A stretch of DNA of 64,000 bases from a virus, in IMG/VR virus record IMGVR_UViG_3300037461_000986, positions 1 through 64,000 of that record. One strand, written 5' to 3'. Below are positions 1-10,105 of the stretch, in pieces. Positions within the stretch are counted from its first letter, which is position 1, and each line of letters opens with the position of its first letter. Position numbers and translations under genes: made by a program. The notes below the pieces were generated by a model. The model had not been told where the DNA came from. It saw only the letters and a list, made by a program, of their open reading frames with translations, and made no database searches.

Positions 1-2310
1 AAAAACGACCGGGTCCAAGGCGCTCGCCGGATCGAACGAGTACATCACGATGCGGTTCGCACCGTAGGCCTTGGCGAACAGGTACACGCGCGCGCCATCG
101 CAGGCGAGCACCGGGCTCGTCTCAGCGCCACCATGCGCCCAAAGGTTGTTCGTCGCGCCTTCGAAGATCTCGACCCACCGGTTCGCCTCCAAGGCGCCGC
201 ACCCCTTGTGATAATGCTGCCACACGGTGCCCAGGTGATCGGCGAACCAGGCCGAGGCACCATCGAAGGTGCACCCCTGGACAACCGTCATGCCGAAATA
301 GAACACGGCGGCCGGGGATGCCGGCGCCACGACGGCAGTGACGAGCCCGCCGATGACCGTCGCCTGCGCCGCGCACGCGTTCGCGTCAGTCCCACCGCCG
401 CCGCCGTACATGCAATAGATGTAGGTGTCATCCCCGATATGGCATAGCGCCCCGGACGCAATACCCAAAACCCCACCTCCGCCAAGCGGGACGTTGCCCC
501 GTCCGTGGCTCCACGAGCTGACATCCGCCTGCGATACGATCACCAGGTTCGTGTCGGCGTCGAGCGGGCCGGTCGAAGCCTTCGCCGTGAACGCGAGCGT
601 GTTCGTGCCGACGGCGAGCGAGGTCAGGCGGTGGGCGGCGCCGTCCCAGACCTCGACGGCGTCGAAGTACTCGTCCTTGAAAAGCGTCGGCGTGGCGAGC
701 GGGTTCGTGTAGCAGTCGTACTGGAGCATGCGCGCGCGATGCGTCACGGAGTCCGCGGTCAGCACGTAGATGTACTTGCCGTTGCTCGCCACCGCGAGCG
801 GCATCGCGGTCGGGTAGGTGCCAGCCCATGTCACGACGACATCCAAGTTGCCTATGCCGTTGCTCAACGTGGCGACGTGGTCTACCCGATAGACGGACGC
901 CGCTTCATTTGACACCGCATAGAAGCACGGCTTGCGATTGCTCCAGTACCACCCCGGGCACACGTCGACCCAGGTCCGCGTGCTGACGTCCCGGTAGTTC
1001 GGAGCCGCCCACGGGACGCCCGGCTGCACGCCATAGTTCGAACCCGCATCGCCGTAGTTTTGCCCGATGAGGTCTTTCCACGAGACCGAGGGCGCGGGCG
1101 CGACGAGCCCGCGCAGCGCGCCGTAGTACATCACGTCGGCCCCATCGACCGAGACCTTCGGGTTGACGTTGGTCACGTTCACCGGCAGCGCGTTATTGAG
1201 CGCCGTGAAGATCCCGGCGAGCTGCGTCTGGATCGTGCCAGCGGCCTGCGTGAACCAATCCCACGCGGTCGTGACCGCCGCGACGTTGCCGATGCGCGCC
1301 GCGCCCGGGGTGCCGGTCTGGAGCGCCAGGTCGTCAATGATCTCGTTAATGGCGGCGGCCACGGTCGCGCCCGCGATCCACGAGTAGGGCGTGTACGTGA
1401 TCGAGGTCGCCGCGTGCTGCGGCGCGGCTCCGCCGATGTGCTGGTTCACCGCCGTCGCCGTGGCGCTCAGCGCGCCCGCCACCGACGCGGTCGTCCAGTT
1501 GAGGTACGTGCCCGCGACGTTGGCCGTGCCGATGAGGCCCGAGCCCGTCGAGCGCGACAGGTCGTACACGATGCCGTCCAGCGCCTCAAGCACGGTCGTG
1601 ATGGGCGGGGCCACGCCGGCCACGTCCACGGCCGAGAACCACTTCGAGGTGAAGGCCATCACGCCGCCCGCCGCGCCGAGGATGTCCATCTCCGCCCAGA
1701 GCTCGCCCACCGCATCGTGCGCCGTGCCGTGCGCCTTGTCGCCAAACGAGATCGTCACCGCGCGGAACCAGTCCTCGCGCCGCGTGACGTCGATGTCCCC
1801 GGTCGTGATCGCCGTCTGCCCGAACGCCAGCTCCACCTCGCCCAGCAGGAGCGCCGAGGCCGAAAGCGCGACCTGCGCCGGCCCCACGCCCTCCGACCCT
1901 TGGCGCACGAAGACCTCCGCCGCCTCGGACTGGATGGTGTAGACCTCGTTGCCGTTGCCGTCCGTGCGCGGCTCCGAGAGCACGCGCGTCGGCCGCACGA
2001 AGACCGCGACCCACTTGGTATTGCCCGGTACGGTCACTGCCGTCGGCACGCCGTACTCGTCGTTCGAACAATCGATGGTCCCCGCCACCGCCACGCTGCA
2101 CCGCTCGCCCGCCTTGGCGTAGGCCACGCCGTCCGCGTAGGCGAGCGCCATCGAGGCCGGCCCGGTCTCGGCTAGCGTCAGCCCCTCGGCTACGCCCGCC
2201 TCGTCCCGGTCGAGCACGATGGCGCGGTCCGCGTCCTGCGCCCACGACATCACTTGGTCAAGTTCGGCCTCGGTCACGCGCTGGCGGTAGTAAAAGTTCC
2301 GTAGATGCAC
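1..2310 (-). CDS. tail fibre / receptor-binding-like protein; 3' end lies beyond the window start (at least 770 codons)
   Basis: The minus-strand frame has no stop from 2310 down to 1, so it is absent from the ORF track. GTG at 2310-2308 is preceded by AGGAGA (2317-2322). My translation starts (M/V)HLRNFYYRQRVTEAELDQVMSWAQDADRAIVLD... with GC-rich third positions. It is the last gene after the baseplate block. Function is inferred from position only. Confidence 0.6.
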   Translation of the reverse strand, partial: MHLRNFYYRQRVTEAELDQVMSWAQDADRAIVLDRDEAGVAEGLTLAETGPASMALAYADGVAYAKAGERCSVAVAGTIDCSNDEYGVPTAVTVPGNTKWVAVFVRPTRVLSEPRTDGNGNEVYTIQSEAAEVFVRQGSEGVGPAQVALSASALLLGEVELAFGQTAITTGDIDVTRREDWFRAVTISFGDKAHGTAHDAVGELWAEMDILGAAGGVMAFTSKWFSAVDVAGVAPPITTVLEALDGIVYDLSRSTGSGLIGTANVAGTYLNWTTASVAGALSATATAVNQHIGGAAPQHAATSITYTPYSWIAGATVAAAINEIIDDLALQTGTPGAARIGNVAAVTTAWDWFTQAAGTIQTQLAGIFTALNNALPVNVTNVNPKVSVDGADVMYYGALRGLVAPAPSVSWKDLIGQNYGDAGSNYGVQPGVPWAAPNYRDVSTRTWVDVCPGWYWSNRKPCFYAVSNEAASVYRVDHVATLSNGIGNLDVVVTWAGTYPTAMPLAVASNGKYIYVLTADSVTHRARMLQYDCYTNPLATPTLFKDEYFDAVEVWDGAAHRLTSLAVGTNTLAFTAKASTGPLDADTNLVIVSQADVSSWSHGRGNVPLGGGGVLGIASGALCHIGDDTYIYCMYGGGGGTDANACAAQATVIGGLVTAVVAPASPAAVFYFGMTVVQGCTFDGASAWFADHLGTVWQHYHKGCGALEANRWVEIFEGATNNLWAHGGAETSPVLACDGARVYLFAKAYGANRIVMYSFDPASALDPVVF

Positions 2311-2352
2311 TGCACTTCTCCTGGGTTGCGAGCCCGTCGAGCCCGTTGTTTT

Positions 2353-4476
2353 TTATCCGAGCACCTGCCCAAGCATCGAGTCATAGTCGAGCGTGCCGAA
2401 GCCAAGAATCCATTCGTTCGGCGCGGGCAGCGTCGGCGCGAGCCGCACGTTGGCCAGGTGCGTGTGCGCCGGCTTCATGTACTCTGCCACGCGCCGCGCC
2501 ACGGTGACCTCGTCCGCGGTGAGCGTCGTCGCCGTCTCGAGGTCGAACGTGTAGAGCGTCGCCTGCGTGCTGGGCGCGAGGATGGCCGAGCCCACGCCCG
2601 CGGTCGCGCCGACGAGCCCGAGCACCAGGGCCGCCGCGCCCGCCGTCACCGTGATCTCCGCATCGGTGGATGGCGAAATCGAGTACACCGCGACGCACGG
2701 CCCGTCCGCGCCCAGCCAATCGTCGCCCGGTGCCCAGCCCAGGGGCAGCATCATGTCCCCGCTCACGACGGCGATGCTGGCGGTCATGCCGCGCAGCCCG
2801 GTCGTCACGCGGACCACGCCGCCGTCGTCCACGGCGACCACGTCGGGCACGTCGAGCGTGATGCGCGCCGCGACCTCCGCCGCCGTCGCCGCGCCCGGGG
2901 CCGCCATGTCGGCCGCGTGCATGACCACGGAGCACGGCGCGCCGTTGACGGTGAGCTCAAGGCCGTCGCCCGCGTTGACCGCGTAGGGCTCGGCGGCCAG
3001 CGCCAGCGCCACGGCGGGCACGCCGCGCGTGACCACCTCGGCCTGGCAGCCGCTCAGGCGCGCGGTAATCGCGTCCGCGACCTCTTGCGCCGTGGCGATC
3101 GACGGGTCGGCAAAGTCGGTGGTGAGTAGGGTCATCGCGCTCGGTCCGGCCTCGGTCGTCACTGCGAACGCCAGCGGCACCGCGGACAGGTCGAACGGCT
3201 CGACGGTGTCGCCGGCCACCCACGCGGTCTCCTCCTCGCCGAGCAGGTCCACGCCGAGCGTCCACCCCTCGATGGTGTAGGGCACCACCGTCACGGTCTT
3301 GCCGAGCAGGAAGTAAATCACGTTCTCGATGCCGGGCGCCGTGCCCTTGAGCTTGTAGATGTCGACCAGCACGCGCAGCAGCTTGCGCCGCTGGTTCGCC
3401 GTGAGGTCCAGCTCCGACCAGGTGAACGGGTTGCCCGCGTCCTCCAGCATCGCGTCGATGCTCGCGTCCGAGCAGCGGTCCGGGTCGTACTCATCGACCC
3501 AGTGGTCCACTTGCGCAAACAGGTAGCTGAGCGTCTCGTTCACCACGCGCGCGAAGCGCTCGAGGTCGCGCGTCGCGTCCTCGGCCTTGTTCTTCGCCGG
3601 GACGCAGAGCCGCCAGTAATCGAAGGCGCGGGTCGGCGGGGCGTCGGGCGCGAACCCCACGAAGGCGGCCGCGCGCACGTCCACGAGGTTGCCCGCGTCG
3701 TCGGTCGCCGTGGCGGCCACGTCCACGGTATACGGCCCGTCGATGGTCATGGCCCAGTTCGTCGTCAGGTCCCAGACGGTCGCCGTGGCGTCCACGGCCT
3801 CGACCGCGGTGCAGGTCATGGTGACCGCCGGATAGGGGTCCACATTGTTGCGCGTGAAGGTCCACGCGGCCGGGTCGCTGACGTTGCCCGCGCCCGAGGC
3901 CATGGCGTCGTCGAAGGTCACGCGCACGGTGCGCGGCCCGACTGCGAGCGCAGCGAGCAGGCTCGGGCGCGCCGTATCCTCCGCCGTGAAGGTATAGGTG
4001 ACGCTGTCGGTGATCGGCAGCACCGGGGTGTAGCCCCAAGCAAAATGGCCCCAGTCCGCATGGCCCCAGCCGCCGACGCTGACCGTGATCTCCACGCGCA
4101 CCGTGACGAGCAGGTCGCTGGCGAACACGGCCGGCCCCTGGTCGAGCCGCACGTCCTTCCAACAGTAGAAGTCCGCCCCGTCCGAGGCGTCGGCTGCGGC
4201 CAGCGCGCCCGCCCACGGGGCCACCGGCGTCGTGCCGTCATAGGCCAGCACCTCGCCCGCGCCGAGGTCCACGTACACGCGAAAGTCGATGGCGCTCGGG
4301 TCGGCCGGCGCCCCGTCCAGGTCCACCACGCGCAGGTAGATCGTGCCCGCGCTTGGCGTGCCCACGTCGCCCTCTTGCGGGTCGCGCAGGATCATCACGA
4401 AGCGATCCGAAACCTGGACCGCCTGCGCGGCGTCGAGCGCGAGCGCGGCGAGGAGCTGCTGGACGGTCACTGCCAT
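2353..4476 (-). CDS. baseplate/tail protein with a central P2 gpI-like (Tail_P2_I) domain
   Basis: 707 aa. The central stretch DPDRCSDASIDAMLEDAGNPFTWSELDLTANQRRKLLRVLVDIYKLKGTAPGIENVIYFLLG fits the gpI pattern (DP..C...L..LA.....W......KR.........KGT). The flanks look like Ig-like or beta-rich regions. GGAG precedes the ATG. Confidence 0.6.
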   Translation of the reverse strand: MAVTVQQLLAALALDAAQAVQVSDRFVMILRDPQEGDVGTPSAGTIYLRVVDLDGAPADPSAIDFRVYVDLGAGEVLAYDGTTPVAPWAGALAAADASDGADFYCWKDVRLDQGPAVFASDLLVTVRVEITVSVGGWGHADWGHFAWGYTPVLPITDSVTYTFTAEDTARPSLLAALAVGPRTVRVTFDDAMASGAGNVSDPAAWTFTRNNVDPYPAVTMTCTAVEAVDATATVWDLTTNWAMTIDGPYTVDVAATATDDAGNLVDVRAAAFVGFAPDAPPTRAFDYWRLCVPAKNKAEDATRDLERFARVVNETLSYLFAQVDHWVDEYDPDRCSDASIDAMLEDAGNPFTWSELDLTANQRRKLLRVLVDIYKLKGTAPGIENVIYFLLGKTVTVVPYTIEGWTLGVDLLGEEETAWVAGDTVEPFDLSAVPLAFAVTTEAGPSAMTLLTTDFADPSIATAQEVADAITARLSGCQAEVVTRGVPAVALALAAEPYAVNAGDGLELTVNGAPCSVVMHAADMAAPGAATAAEVAARITLDVPDVVAVDDGGVVRVTTGLRGMTASIAVVSGDMMLPLGWAPGDDWLGADGPCVAVYSISPSTDAEITVTAGAAALVLGLVGATAGVGSAILAPSTQATLYTFDLETATTLTADEVTVARRVAEYMKPAHTHLANVRLAPTLPAPNEWILGFGTLDYDSMLGQVLG

Positions 4477-4477
4477 G

Positions 4478-4927
4478 TCATAACTCCACGATCACGCGGT
4501 CGAGCCCGTAGCCGCTGCGCAGCATGTAGACGTTCGTGCCCACGCGCCGGAACAGCGGCATCTTGGTCACGTCCCAGCCCGGCCCGGTGGCGCCCGAGCT
4601 GATCGAGCCCAGGGTCGCCGTCGCTATCGGCCGCGACAGGCCATTGAGCCAAGCGACGTGCCCGTCGGCGAGCGTGATGCTGCCCGCCGCAATCGTGATG
4701 ACCGCATTGCTGCGCCCGGCGAAAATCTTGATGTCGCTCGACCAGCTGAGCGTGCTGCCCACGAGCGCGAACGTGCCGCCCTCGGCCAGCATGCAGGAGG
4801 CATCCTCGAGCGCCGCGGCGAGGTAGCCGTCCGTCGCGTCGATGGCCGTATTGAAGTTCGTGTGAAACGGATTGTCGTTCTCGGCCGGGAACGGCAGCTC
4901 CAGGATCGGGGTGAGGCGTGTGCCCAT
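4478..4927 (-). CDS. hypothetical tail-fibre-associated protein
   Basis: 149 aa. A strong RBS (GGAGGAGGAG) precedes the ATG at 4927. The gene abuts its neighbours and its third positions are GC-rich. No confident family. Confidence 0.6.
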   Translation of the reverse strand: MGTRLTPILELPFPAENDNPFHTNFNTAIDATDGYLAAALEDASCMLAEGGTFALVGSTLSWSSDIKIFAGRSNAVITIAAGSITLADGHVAWLNGLSRPIATATLGSISSGATGPGWDVTKMPLFRRVGTNVYMLRSGYGLDRVIVEL

Positions 4928-6061
4928 CTAGATCTCCTCCTCCAATGCCAGCCGCACCTCGACGGTATGCACGCCGGACAGGTGGCGGACCGGCGCCATG
5001 AAATCCGTCCAGGCGCGGTCCTCGTTCGCCTCGACCTTGCGGCGGCAGTACACGTCGCCGTCCACGCGGACCTCCATGTACCAGGCCGCCTCGTGCTGCA
5101 CCGCCTCGTCCACGCAAGCGTCGTAATCCGCCAGCACCGCGCCGGCATTGTGCGCCGTGTCGCATAGGCGCACCTGGCTGATACCACCCCAGAGGCTCGG
5201 GGATGCGACGGTGATGGCGCCCGCCGCCGTGGCCGCCGCGGGGCTCACGGTCATGATGCTGGCGCCATCGCAGGCGTAGATGCCATCGACGTAGAGCTTG
5301 CACCGCGCGACCCCGACCAGCGTCGCGTCATAGACCACGGTGAGCAGGTGCCAGCCGGTCGTCGTCGTGATCGGGTAGCCGCCAAAGATCACGGCGCTCG
5401 TCGTGCCGCCGTTGACGTGCGTTATCTGCGGCCACCAGCGGTGCTGCGGCCCCGGCCCGCCCTCGCCGGCCAGGGAGAATGCAAGCCCGGCCCCGGCCTC
5501 GGTGAGGGCGACAATCGAAGGTGAGATGCCATCAGAGTCGGCGTGGTCATCGGCATCGAAACGCAGCCAGGCGTCGAGCGTGTATGCCGTCAGCGCACCG
5601 GGACCGTAGAGCACCGGGTCATTTGTTCCGAGGAGGAAACCACCAAGCACGGTCGGCGGCACGATGCGACAGGCACTCCCGTCAAAGGAATAGATCTCAG
5701 CACCAACGGACAAGGCCGCCTGCGCCAGCAGCGCGGGGCCGGGTTGCACCAGGTTCGAGGCGTTCACGTAGTCTTCCCGCAGGCTCCAGAGCGCCAGCGT
5801 ATCCGCGGCGACCTCGAAGCCGACCGGATAGACAAAGCTCGCGATGGGCACGCCCAGGCTGCGCAGGTTCGCGCCGACGAGGTCGATGCTCGTCAGGTCC
5901 ACGTCCTGTGAGGCCGCCGCGTAGTCGCCCGCCGCCAGCTCCGCCGCCACGGTGCACGCCTCCGCGCCGAGCACGAACACGAACGCGCCGTCGGCCGTGA
6001 TCGTCTGCGGCTCGATGCGGCCGGACGCGCGGCCGCGCAGGCGGTCGAACGCGGTGGCCAT
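4928..6061 (-). CDS. LamG / concanavalin-A-like lectin-domain protein
   Basis: 377 aa. It contains ...GWHLLTVVYDATLVGVARCKLYVDGIYA...GGISQVRLCDTAH, a typical LamG jelly-roll signature (W.h....d......LYvDG ... i..vri). The start shares a TGATG overlap with the upstream stop. Confidence 0.6.
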   Translation of the reverse strand: MATAFDRLRGRASGRIEPQTITADGAFVFVLGAEACTVAAELAAGDYAAASQDVDLTSIDLVGANLRSLGVPIASFVYPVGFEVAADTLALWSLREDYVNASNLVQPGPALLAQAALSVGAEIYSFDGSACRIVPPTVLGGFLLGTNDPVLYGPGALTAYTLDAWLRFDADDHADSDGISPSIVALTEAGAGLAFSLAGEGGPGPQHRWWPQITHVNGGTTSAVIFGGYPITTTTGWHLLTVVYDATLVGVARCKLYVDGIYACDGASIMTVSPAAATAAGAITVASPSLWGGISQVRLCDTAHNAGAVLADYDACVDEAVQHEAAWYMEVRVDGDVYCRRKVEANEDRAWTDFMAPVRHLSGVHTVEVRLALEEEI

Positions 6062-6804
6062 CAGGCGTCCCTCTTGATTTGCAGGCCGCAGAACGCGGCC
6101 CGCCGCGCGAGCCCGTTGTTGAGCGCGTAGCCGAAGCCCGCATAGCCGCCCCAGAGGGGGTCGGTGCCGGTCGTGATCCCGGTGTTGTCGTCGTTGACGC
6201 CATCGGTCGCGATGCCGGTGACCGGCTGCCAGCTGAAGCTCGAGGGGATATCGAGCCCGTGCAGCGTGACGTCGTTGCTGTAGACCTTGAGCAGCACGTC
6301 ACCGTTGTTCTCCACGCGCGCGGCGAGCATGAGGTGATGCCAGAGCTGGTCGGCCATGGCGTACTGCGCGCTCGACTCGGCAAGCTTGATGAACGACGTG
6401 GCGTCCGGGTTGAGGCCGCTCACGAGCGGAGCCTTGGCCAGCATGATGCGGTACGGGTCCGCGTCGCTGAGCCCGACCATGTAGGCGACATCGTTGACCG
6501 ACGGCGGTCCGCCTGCCGCACAGATGAACATGAACGGCGAGAAGCCGGTATTGCTGGGCGACGACACCCGCCGCATCGCGCCGGAGATCGCCCCGCCACC
6601 GATGGGCGTGGCACCGGGATTCGACGGGGAGAATCCGGCGAGGTTGCAGTAATAGCCCACCGCGCCCACGGCCGTCGCGATGCTGTTAAACACGAAGGTG
6701 TTATCGCCGCCGCCGTTCGGGGGCGCGATGAGCGGGCCGACGCCGCGCTTGACCGTGGCGATGCTGAGCGACGAGCCGAGTTCCGTCCAGTCTGCCTGTC
6801 CCAT
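6061..6804 (-). CDS. hypothetical ConA-like beta-sandwich protein
   Basis: The track ORF 6061..7146 has an Arg/Ser/Pro-rich N-terminus that overlaps the upstream gene. The credible start is ATG at 6804 (MGQADWTELGSS...), preceded by GAGGAG. It contains ...WHHLMLAARVENNGDVLLKVYSND.... Confidence 0.6.
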   Translation of the reverse strand: MGQADWTELGSSLSIATVKRGVGPLIAPPNGGGDNTFVFNSIATAVGAVGYYCNLAGFSPSNPGATPIGGGAISGAMRRVSSPSNTGFSPFMFICAAGGPPSVNDVAYMVGLSDADPYRIMLAKAPLVSGLNPDATSFIKLAESSAQYAMADQLWHHLMLAARVENNGDVLLKVYSNDVTLHGLDIPSSFSWQPVTGIATDGVNDDNTGITTGTDPLWGGYAGFGYALNNGLARRAAFCGLQIKRDA

Positions 6805-6808
6805 AGGG

Positions 6809-8161
6809 TTACTCCTCGTAATAGTCCGGCCAGCCGTCCGCGGCCTGGGCAAATAGCTCGATGGTGGTAGTCGACCCGAGCCCGAGCACGAAGACGGCCT
6901 CGACGCGCGACACCGCGAGCAGGTCGGACACCCAGACCGCGTCGACCCCGCGCCAGGGCACCAGGTCGAAGCGCTCCATGCGCAAGGGCGTCGCCCCTGG
7001 GTCGAACGCGTTGAACGTCGCCGGCACGCCGCCGCCCGCGATGAGGTAGTAGTCGTCGCCCGCGAGGTAATCCACGGCGCGCACGTCCACGGTGGCGGCC
7101 GGATTGAAGATCGCAAAGTAGGCCCCGGCGCCGCCGATGGCCGCATAGGGCACGACCACGAAGCCGTCCCGGTCCGTCGGGCCGAAGCCTACGAGGCCGA
7201 GGCGCGCACGCGCGTCGCGCGATTGCCGATGCAGCGGGACGACCAGGGTCGCCCGGTCGATGCCCCGGGATCCATTCCAGCCGAACGCGAGCCCGGTCGC
7301 GCCGTCCGCGCTCCAGGCGCTCCAGGCCAAGGTCGTCGGCACGGGGCCGCAGGCCGTCGCCCATGCCGCCTGCACCGCGGCCGCGAGCGCCGTCGCGCTG
7401 GCGTAGGTGCCCGGTGTCAGCAGGATTTCGAGCAGGCCCTCGACGCCGTGCAGCCAGACCCAGACGGTGCGCTGGTTTGGCGGCAGGGTGAGCGGGAAGG
7501 TGAGCGCCTGGCCGCGCAGCTCGCCGTTGCCCGCGCACGGCACGCTGCCCACCGGGGCCAGCGGGTCGAGGCCCCAGCCGCTTGCAAACGTCTCGACCGC
7601 CTCGGGCCACTGTGGCGTCGAGGGGATGACCTCCCCGCCAAGCAGGGCGGTGTCCGCGGTCCCGCGCCAGCCCACGCCCCACTCGTCCTGGCCGAGCGGG
7701 GGCGGCCGGTCGAGCTGCCAGGGCGGCCCGTCCCACAGGCGGAACAATTCGATGGATGATTCGTAGCTGCTGCTGCCGTTGAAGAACGCGGCGGTGCGCG
7801 GCGGGCTCACCAGGTCGCTGACCCAGTCCTCGACGCCGTCGGCCAGCTCGGCCCAGACGGCAGGATCTGGCGCGGACAGAATCCAGATCGCCTTGGTGTC
7901 CGCCTGGCGCGCGACGAGCCCCGTCTGCCCCGGGCCAAACGGCCCAGCGGCCAGGCGCGCGGCCTCGTCCGCATAGGTCACATGCCACATGAGGTTGAAG
8001 CATGCGGCGAAGTCCTCGATGGTGTCGAGCCACGCGGGGTCGGCCGCGTTGAACGCCGCCCAGTCCTCGCCGGTCGAGACGGTGGTCCACGTCCAGCCCA
8101 GCGCCTCGCCGGGCGTCTCGGTCGCATCGGGCAGCTCGAAGCTCGGGTTGATAAATGCCAT
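6809..8161 (-). CDS. hypothetical baseplate-distal protein (occupies the gpI position after gpJ)
   Basis: 450 aa, starting MAFINPSFELPDATETPGEALGWTW... It follows the gpJ-like gene directly. It is Trp-rich and no family was recognised. Confidence 0.65.
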   Translation of the reverse strand: MAFINPSFELPDATETPGEALGWTWTTVSTGEDWAAFNAADPAWLDTIEDFAACFNLMWHVTYADEAARLAAGPFGPGQTGLVARQADTKAIWILSAPDPAVWAELADGVEDWVSDLVSPPRTAAFFNGSSSYESSIELFRLWDGPPWQLDRPPPLGQDEWGVGWRGTADTALLGGEVIPSTPQWPEAVETFASGWGLDPLAPVGSVPCAGNGELRGQALTFPLTLPPNQRTVWVWLHGVEGLLEILLTPGTYASATALAAAVQAAWATACGPVPTTLAWSAWSADGATGLAFGWNGSRGIDRATLVVPLHRQSRDARARLGLVGFGPTDRDGFVVVPYAAIGGAGAYFAIFNPAATVDVRAVDYLAGDDYYLIAGGGVPATFNAFDPGATPLRMERFDLVPWRGVDAVWVSDLLAVSRVEAVFVLGLGSTTTIELFAQAADGWPDYYEE

Positions 8162-8164
8162 CGT

Positions 8165-9679
8165 TTACAGTGCGTTCCCGGTCCGCCCATCGCGGATCGT
8201 CACCGTGCCGAGCGCCGGGAATTGAAAGTTCGCCAGGTCCACCGAGGTGACGCCGCCGTTCAGCGTCATGCCGGGGTCCACCTTGCGCACGCCGCTCACG
8301 TCGCGGATGGCGTTAAAGACGTCCGACCACGGCACCTGCCCCGCCGGGTTGCCGTCCTCGTCCTTGTACTCGTAGCCAAAGCCCACCGACGGGTTCGGCG
8401 CGCCGGTCACCAGCATCGGCTCGAAGTAGTCCTCGAGCGCCGCGAGGATCGCCGCGCGCACCGTGCTGGCCACCTGGTGCTCGCGCAGCCAGACGGTGAC
8501 GTCGATGTCGATGGTCCGGTAGACCGCCGCAAGGACCTCCAGGCGGAACGTCACGGTGCTCGGATAGGTCACGGTGCACATGGTGAGGACGTCGTCGAGG
8601 AGGCCCTGCGACGGCGTGCCGCCGCCCACCGGGATGATGTAGAGCTCGCCCGCGTTCTCGTCGATGCCGACGTACTCGTTGCGGGTCAGCATGAGCGCGC
8701 GCCCCACGCCCGCCACGCGCCGCGCGTTGATCTCGAAGTCCTCGCGCGCGACCGTCCGCGTGAGCACGCGCAGGCTGGTCGGCGCGTTGACGCGCGCGGC
8801 CGCCACCTCCTCGCGCGGGCCGCCGCCCGTCGCGCGCAGGGGGTTGGTCACCGTGAAGTAGGCGCGATTGCCGGCCACGTCGCGCATCTCGGTCTCGAGC
8901 ACGCTCAGGCCGCCCGGCTCCACGTTGCCCTCGCTGCCGCCGCCGATGTCCCAGACCGCCGTGATGTTGCCCGCTGGAATCTTGCCGTTGCGGCCGTCGC
9001 CAAACTGCACGGTGGCGAGGTCGTTCTGGTCCACGTCCACGCGGTAGTGCTTGTCGGTCGGCCCGGAATCCAGGAACGAATCCACGCGCGTGTAGGCGCC
9101 GTCGATTGAGGTCGACACGGCCTCGCTGTCCCAGAGGAACGGGCCGAAGGGCAGCCGGACGATCTGGTCGGGGCGGCTCGTGGACACGATGACGTAGGGC
9201 GCCTGCGTGAGCTGGTGGCGCCAGGTAAAGGTCTTGATCGTCTCACCGGGCGCGAAGCTCACCGGCGCGTCGAGCTGGCCGCGCACGGGCGTGGTCACCT
9301 CGTTGGTCGCCACCACGACGGGCACGCCGCCCACGGGTGACACGGTGCCGACGAGCGCGCTCGCGTTGGTGAGCGTCATCACGACGTCGCCCATCGCCGC
9401 GGTCGCGAGCGGCAGCTCGTACCCGATGAGCTTGGCCAGCGCGATGGCGTTGCGCCGCAGCTCGACCGTACCCCAGCGCGCCTCCCGCGCCTGCTGGTCC
9501 TGGTAGTAGGTCAGCACGTCGCCCACGAAGGCGAAGGATTCCACGAGCAGATTCCCGAAGTTGGCCGTGGCGTCGTCGGTCCACTCGGGGAACACCGACC
9601 GGATCGCATCGAACAGGCGCGCCCGCAGGGACGCGAAGTCCTTGTTGATGTAGCTGTCACTGATCGGCAAGATCGCCAT
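8165..9679 (-). CDS. baseplate J-like protein (P2 gpJ / Mu gp47 family)
   Basis: The N-terminus ...INKDFASLRARLFDAIRSVFPEWTDDATANFGNLLVESFAFVGDVLTYYQDQQAREA is the classic Baseplate_J opening. Synteny is W then J. Confidence 0.9.
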   Translation of the reverse strand: MAILPISDSYINKDFASLRARLFDAIRSVFPEWTDDATANFGNLLVESFAFVGDVLTYYQDQQAREARWGTVELRRNAIALAKLIGYELPLATAAMGDVVMTLTNASALVGTVSPVGGVPVVVATNEVTTPVRGQLDAPVSFAPGETIKTFTWRHQLTQAPYVIVSTSRPDQIVRLPFGPFLWDSEAVSTSIDGAYTRVDSFLDSGPTDKHYRVDVDQNDLATVQFGDGRNGKIPAGNITAVWDIGGGSEGNVEPGGLSVLETEMRDVAGNRAYFTVTNPLRATGGGPREEVAAARVNAPTSLRVLTRTVAREDFEINARRVAGVGRALMLTRNEYVGIDENAGELYIIPVGGGTPSQGLLDDVLTMCTVTYPSTVTFRLEVLAAVYRTIDIDVTVWLREHQVASTVRAAILAALEDYFEPMLVTGAPNPSVGFGYEYKDEDGNPAGQVPWSDVFNAIRDVSGVRKVDPGMTLNGGVTSVDLANFQFPALGTVTIRDGRTGNAL

Positions 9680-10093
9680 CTAGGCTCCTATGGCGCGGTC
9701 AAAGAAGACCGGGCCTTGCGTGCCGTCGAACGTCGTGAACGCAAACCGCACCGTGAGGCTGCCCTCCATCGTGCCGGGCACCACCTGCACCGCGCTCGTG
9801 CGGACGCGCTTTTCAAACTTGCGCAGCACGCCCGCGGTCATGTGCTCCGCGCGCGCGCGCACGATCTCGGCGTGCATCTGGCGGTGCCGCAGCGCGTCCA
9901 GGCGGCTGCCCAGATCGGTGCGCCAGGGCACCTCGCCCGGCAGGTCGCCGTATGGCCCGGCGATGCCGAGCAGCTCGCCGACATCCGAGGCCAAGAGCCC
10001 GCCGCCACCGCCGTTGGCAAAGTCGCCCTTTTGATCCCGCTGAAACGGGCAGAGCAGGCCGCGACCGAACTGGTTGACGTTGGAGCTAGTCAT
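9680..10093 (-). CDS. baseplate wedge protein gpW / gp25-like
   Basis: 137 aa with GRGLLCPFQRDQKGDF...EVPWRTDLGSRLDALRHRQ, the GPW/gp25 pattern. It sits immediately upstream of gpJ. Confidence 0.85.
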   Translation of the reverse strand: MTSSNVNQFGRGLLCPFQRDQKGDFANGGGGGLLASDVGELLGIAGPYGDLPGEVPWRTDLGSRLDALRHRQMHAEIVRARAEHMTAGVLRKFEKRVRTSAVQVVPGTMEGSLTVRFAFTTFDGTQGPVFFDRAIGA

Positions 10094-10105
10094 GGCGCCT
10101 CCATC

